Shown here: positions 25,041-27,825 of the stretch, one piece after another
Layout: every line of letters begins with the position of its first letter
Numbering within the stretch: the stretch's first letter is position 1
Source of the DNA: an uncultured virus (IMG/VR IMGVR_UViG_3300029951_000012)
Taxonomy: Duplodnaviria; Heunggongvirae; Uroviricota; Caudoviricetes
Virus record (IMG/VR): IMGVR_UViG_3300029951_000012
Strand: one strand, 5' to 3'
Length of the DNA stretch: 27,825 nt
Made by a program: the position numbers and the translations under genes
Notes under the pieces: generated by a model
What the model was told of the DNA's origin: nothing
The model's input: only the letters and a program-made list of their open reading frames with translations
Databases searched by the model: none

Positions 25041-25399
25041 CCCCTCTGGACATCTACAAAGCCTACCCTCGCCAGATAGCTCGCCTTGACGCGCTGAAGG
25101 CCATAGAAAAGGCCGTGGTGCGATTGATGGGAGGGGAGCGAGACGGAACCACCCTCACGCGTTCCTACGCGCTGGCAACGCTAATGAAGGCCGTAGCCGA
25201 ATATGCCCGCTCCACCTGCGGTAAGGAAAGAGAATTTATACCCTATCCCGCGACATGGTTCAATCGCGGCCAGTATCTTGACGAACCAGAGATTCCAGCC
25301 GCCACTGAGGCATCGCTAGGAATGTATCGCGGGCCTGATTGCAACACTCCCGAAGAGTGGGAGCAGATTCGCCAAAAGGTAAACAGACGCACCAACTGA
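25037..25399 (+). CDS. Phage replication-initiator-like protein, C-terminal domain only
   Basis: IYKAYPR....DA.KAI...FIPYPATWFN...Y.DE matches the YPRK...P.P.TWLN..RW.DE C-terminal domain of phage replication proteins; no N-terminal HTH. Confidence 0.7.
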   Translation: MTPLDIYKAYPRQIARLDALKAIEKAVVRLMGGERDGTTLTRSYALATLMKAVAEYARSTCGKEREFIPYPATWFNRGQYLDEPEIPAATEASLGMYRGPDCNTPEEWEQIRQKVNRRTN

Positions 25400-25407
25400 G
25401 GTCAGCG

Positions 25408-25578
25408 ATGAACGAAGAGATGTGCGAGTGTGGTCATGGGAAGTCTAAGCATTGCAAGGGCGGCGTGTTTCATGGATTCTGGCGCGGTCATGGCGGGGAC
25501 TATTGCCACACAAGCCACTGTGATGCGCCAGTTTGTGAGTGCACGAAGTTTCGCAAAGCAGTAATGGAGGCAAAATGA
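25408..25578 (+). CDS. Small Cys/His-rich protein (CECGH...H...C...CEC..F)
   Basis: GAGGT SD; motif visible. Confidence 0.7.
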   Translation: MNEEMCECGHGKSKHCKGGVFHGFWRGHGGDYCHTSHCDAPVCECTKFRKAVMEAK

Positions 25579-25967
25579 CACCTGAAATGGCTTGCATGAA
25601 CTATGCCTATGCGGTTTTAGCAGTGCGGACGCAGACGCGCATCATGAGAGAAAATCCGTGCGAGATTACTTCCAGTATCGAAGCGGAATATCGGGCCGCT
25701 TTAGAGAGCCGTCCTTCGAACGCGGGAATCCTTGTGCATCCAGAGGGTCAGCGCGAGGACTGCATAGCCCTTCACTGGCAAGTTGATACAGGCCCAGCAC
25801 TGAACTTCGTAGAAACGCCTCACATGGCTTTCGAGGATATGTGCGCATCCTGCATGGTTCGCTATCAGGCCATCATGCAGCGCAAGGAAGCCCGTAAGCG
25901 TCTCGGTGCGGCCAAGCGGAGCATAGAGGTTGTCGGGAAAAGACTAATCACCCCGGAGGCCCGATGA
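25575..25967 (+). CDS. Hypothetical protein
   Basis: MTPEMAC..., GGAGG SD, ATGA overlap. Confidence 0.7.
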   Translation: MTPEMACMNYAYAVLAVRTQTRIMRENPCEITSSIEAEYRAALESRPSNAGILVHPEGQREDCIALHWQVDTGPALNFVETPHMAFEDMCASCMVRYQAIMQRKEARKRLGAAKRSIEVVGKRLITPEAR

Positions 25968-26043
25968 GCCACCTTGAATTAGCAAGGCTACTCGCTGAGG
26001 GATACGGCTGCAAAGCGTTCAGATCGCCCATAGGAGCGTCCGC

Positions 26044-26292
26044 ATGATTGCACCAAGGGAAACCATCAGGAAGCGCGGCGCGGGCCGTAAAATGACCACT
26101 GCGGGCCGCTACGCCCTACGCCTTGGAGTCAGGAAGCGCGAGATCGAGTGCTTGGGCGGATTTGAATATTTGCGGAGCCTCGCGCCCTATGTGCGGAAGA
26201 CGCTGCTGCGGAGAATGAAGAACCAGAAACCGCTAAGTAAGTTGAAGGATGAAGCGACAAGTAGAAAATCAGCACTGGAGGCGAAGCCATGA
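26044..26292 (+). CDS. Small basic hypothetical protein
   Basis: 82 aa, AGGAG SD. Confidence 0.6.
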   Translation: MIAPRETIRKRGAGRKMTTAGRYALRLGVRKREIECLGGFEYLRSLAPYVRKTLLRRMKNQKPLSKLKDEATSRKSALEAKP

Positions 26293-26456
26293 TTATTGCG
26301 GACGATGAGTTTTGTGTGGATTGCGGAGAGAGCGCCACCTGTATGCGTTGGGGAGTGCTTCTCTGCGAAAGTTGCGCGAGAGATGACATTGACGATGTAA
26401 ACGAGTTTGAAGATGACCGCGAAGCCGATGCCAGAGCGGGAAGTTTTAGAGGCTAA
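26289..26456 (+). CDS. Small acidic zinc-finger protein (55 aa, CVDC...CESC)
   Basis: Hand-translated; GGAGG SD, ATGA overlap. Confidence 0.6.
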   Translation: MIIADDEFCVDCGESATCMRWGVLLCESCARDDIDDVNEFEDDREADARAGSFRG

Positions 26457-26487
26457 AGCAGCAGCAAGGAAGAAGGAGATTCAAGCA

Positions 26488-26649
26488 TGAGCAAGTGGAC
26501 ATGGATGGTCAGCGCGGAAGATCGAATATGCTTCGACTGCGAACACATGGAAGGCGAAGGCTGGACAGTAGTTTCGATAGTTCTAACCAATCCCGCATCG
26601 CCAAACCCGTACTACAAGGTATTTATGCGAATGGAAGTGCCCGCATGAT
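26488..26649 (+). CDS. Small hypothetical protein (53 aa)
   Basis: Hand-translated MSKWTWMVSAEDRICFDC...; AAGGAG SD. Confidence 0.55.
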
Positions 26650-26673
26650 ATTCACTCCCTCTGAGAGGCAGCT

Positions 26674-26886
26674 ATGAGCGCATTGAGCAACACCTACCGC
26701 ACGCCAGTCCACTTCGATTCCTCCTCAGATACGCCCTGCGGGATACCAGTTTGTCGCGCATCCTGTGTGGCTGATACCGCTGACAAGGTGACATGCGGGA
26801 AGTGCCGGCGCAAACTCGGACTCCCGCCGCTACGCCCAATGTGGGGTAAGGCTCCAATCGCAGCGGACTTTAGGGAGACGGCATGA
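26674..26886 (+). CDS. Small zinc-binding protein (H...CG...VTCGKC)
   Basis: 70 aa, GAGG SD. Confidence 0.65.
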   Translation: MSALSNTYRTPVHFDSSSDTPCGIPVCRASCVADTADKVTCGKCRRKLGLPPLRPMWGKAPIAADFRETA

Positions 26887-27224
26887 GCGTTCCTAAGCCC
26901 CTAAGCGCCGGGGAAGAGATGTTTGCGCTGCATTGCAAAGCCGAGAAGATAGCCCTCGCACGCGAGTACCAGTTCGATCTTGACCGCAAATGGCGCTTCG
27001 ACTTCATCATCCTGCCTGAGAATCTGTCCGAGCGCCCTTCTCTGGCCGTCGAGATTGAGGGCGGCGTTTGGAATGGTGGTCGCCACACAACAGGCAAAGG
27101 CTTTGAGTCTGACTGCCGCAAGTACAACCGCGCCGCGATTCTTGGATGGCGTGTTCTGAGGTTTTCAACGGGAATGGTTGAGAGCGGCGTGGCAATCGAC
27201 ACGGTTTTGGAGGCTTTGAAATGA
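26883..27224 (+). CDS. PD-(D/E)XK / DUF559-like endonuclease (possible resolvase)
   Basis: REYQF...RKWRFDF...AVEIEGG.W..GRH..G.GF..D..KYN.A...GWRVLRF. Confidence 0.85.
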   Translation: MSVPKPLSAGEEMFALHCKAEKIALAREYQFDLDRKWRFDFIILPENLSERPSLAVEIEGGVWNGGRHTTGKGFESDCRKYNRAAILGWRVLRFSTGMVESGVAIDTVLEALK

Positions 27225-27412
27225 ACTGCTTCTGCGGAAAGACCGCGCTCTACCAGACGGGACACTGCAAAGACCATCGTGCGGAAGCTGAAGCTGCTAT
27301 GAAGGCTCTTGGAAGCAAGAAAACTGGCAACGGGCCAACCTGCGGAGGGTTCATAGAACCTGCTTATGGAAGGCGCATGGGGCCAATCCCGATGCGGAGC
27401 GGTAGACGATGA
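27221..27412 (+). CDS. Small hypothetical protein (CFCG...C..H)
   Basis: 63 aa, GGAGG SD, ATGA overlaps. Confidence 0.6.
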   Translation: MNCFCGKTALYQTGHCKDHRAEAEAAMKALGSKKTGNGPTCGGFIEPAYGRRMGPIPMRSGRR

Positions 27413-27708
27413 TTCGCAGCCGCAGGACTAAGCCTAGACTGGGAAGGCTCAAGGGTGAGGCGATGGAAGCCCTGCGAAGGGAGTGCTTCGAGCGTGATGG
27501 CTATCAATGTCAACATATGCTCGTGATCGGTGTGGACTGGAAGTTGGGTAAACTTTACAGAAAGTGCGGCGCGTCAGTGACGTGGGAGAGTGGGCATATG
27601 GCGCACACCCGGAACAAGCGCATGTGGGGGGATTGTTTAGCGCAGGTAACAACCAAATGCGCCGCGTGTCACATCGGCATAGAGCACAGCTATGGGCCGA
27701 GCGGGTAG
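27409..27708 (+). CDS. HNH-type nuclease-like protein, C-terminus probably cut by an IS
   Basis: LR...FERDGYQCQ...CG...HMAH...CAACH; the stop TAG lies inside the putative IS end GGTAG. Confidence 0.7.
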   Translation: MIRSRRTKPRLGRLKGEAMEALRRECFERDGYQCQHMLVIGVDWKLGKLYRKCGASVTWESGHMAHTRNKRMWGDCLAQVTTKCAACHIGIEHSYGPSG

Positions 27709-27825
27709 TGCCTCAGTTTGAAATAGTGCGGTATTGCTTCCGTTTGACCGCTCAAGCATCATAGATACATGAGCCGAGACCTGAACCAACTTGCTGCCCA
27801 CATCGTAGACATAGCCACTGGCGAA
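27704..27825 (+). mobile_element. Left end of a probable IS1-family-related element (partial)
   Basis: Terminal sequence GGTAGTGCCTCAGTTTGAAAT, palindrome TTGA-CCGC-TCAA, and start of ORF MSRDLNQLAAHIVDIATGE. From memory, this small protein family precedes IS1-like DDE transposases. The other end is outside the window. Confidence 0.65.
27769..27825 (+). CDS. Partial small IS-associated protein (RDxNQLA..IVDIATGE family)
   Basis: Hand translation of the last 57 nt. Confidence 0.65.
   Translation, partial: MSRDLNQLAAHIVDIATGE

Overview
The window is a large piece of a tailed dsDNA phage or prophage genome. The left arm (minus strand, ~1-12400) is a packaging/head module: small terminase, large terminase, six small genes, a P22-like portal, a scaffold-like protein, the major capsid protein and head-completion-type genes. 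The centre holds short accessory genes, a 1769-bp non-autonomous IS1595-type element with a passenger gene (TIRs and 8-bp TSD visible), an NDT-like gene and a Cro-like HTH gene at a back-to-back promoter pair (~16640-16705). The right arm (plus strand) is an early/replication region: SSB-like protein, PD-(D/E)XK exonuclease, coiled-coil protein, many micro-ORFs, an orphan DUF433 antitoxin, a DUF6948-like gene plus a (GS/GY/GD)n repeat gene, a replication-initiator C-terminal-domain-only protein, an endonuclease and an HNH-like gene that appears cut by a second, IS1-like element at the right edge. No integrase or CI repressor is seen. The most unusual element is the ~480-bp non-coding locus at 24035-24515. 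There a symmetric bidirectional sigma70-like promoter appears to drive a ~105-nt leftward small RNA and a ~300-nt highly structured rightward RNA, and the small RNA is complementary to the 5' end of the long one. This is a candidate antisense-controlled RNA switch upstream of the replication genes. All family assignments come from motif recognition by eye; no searches or folding programs were run.
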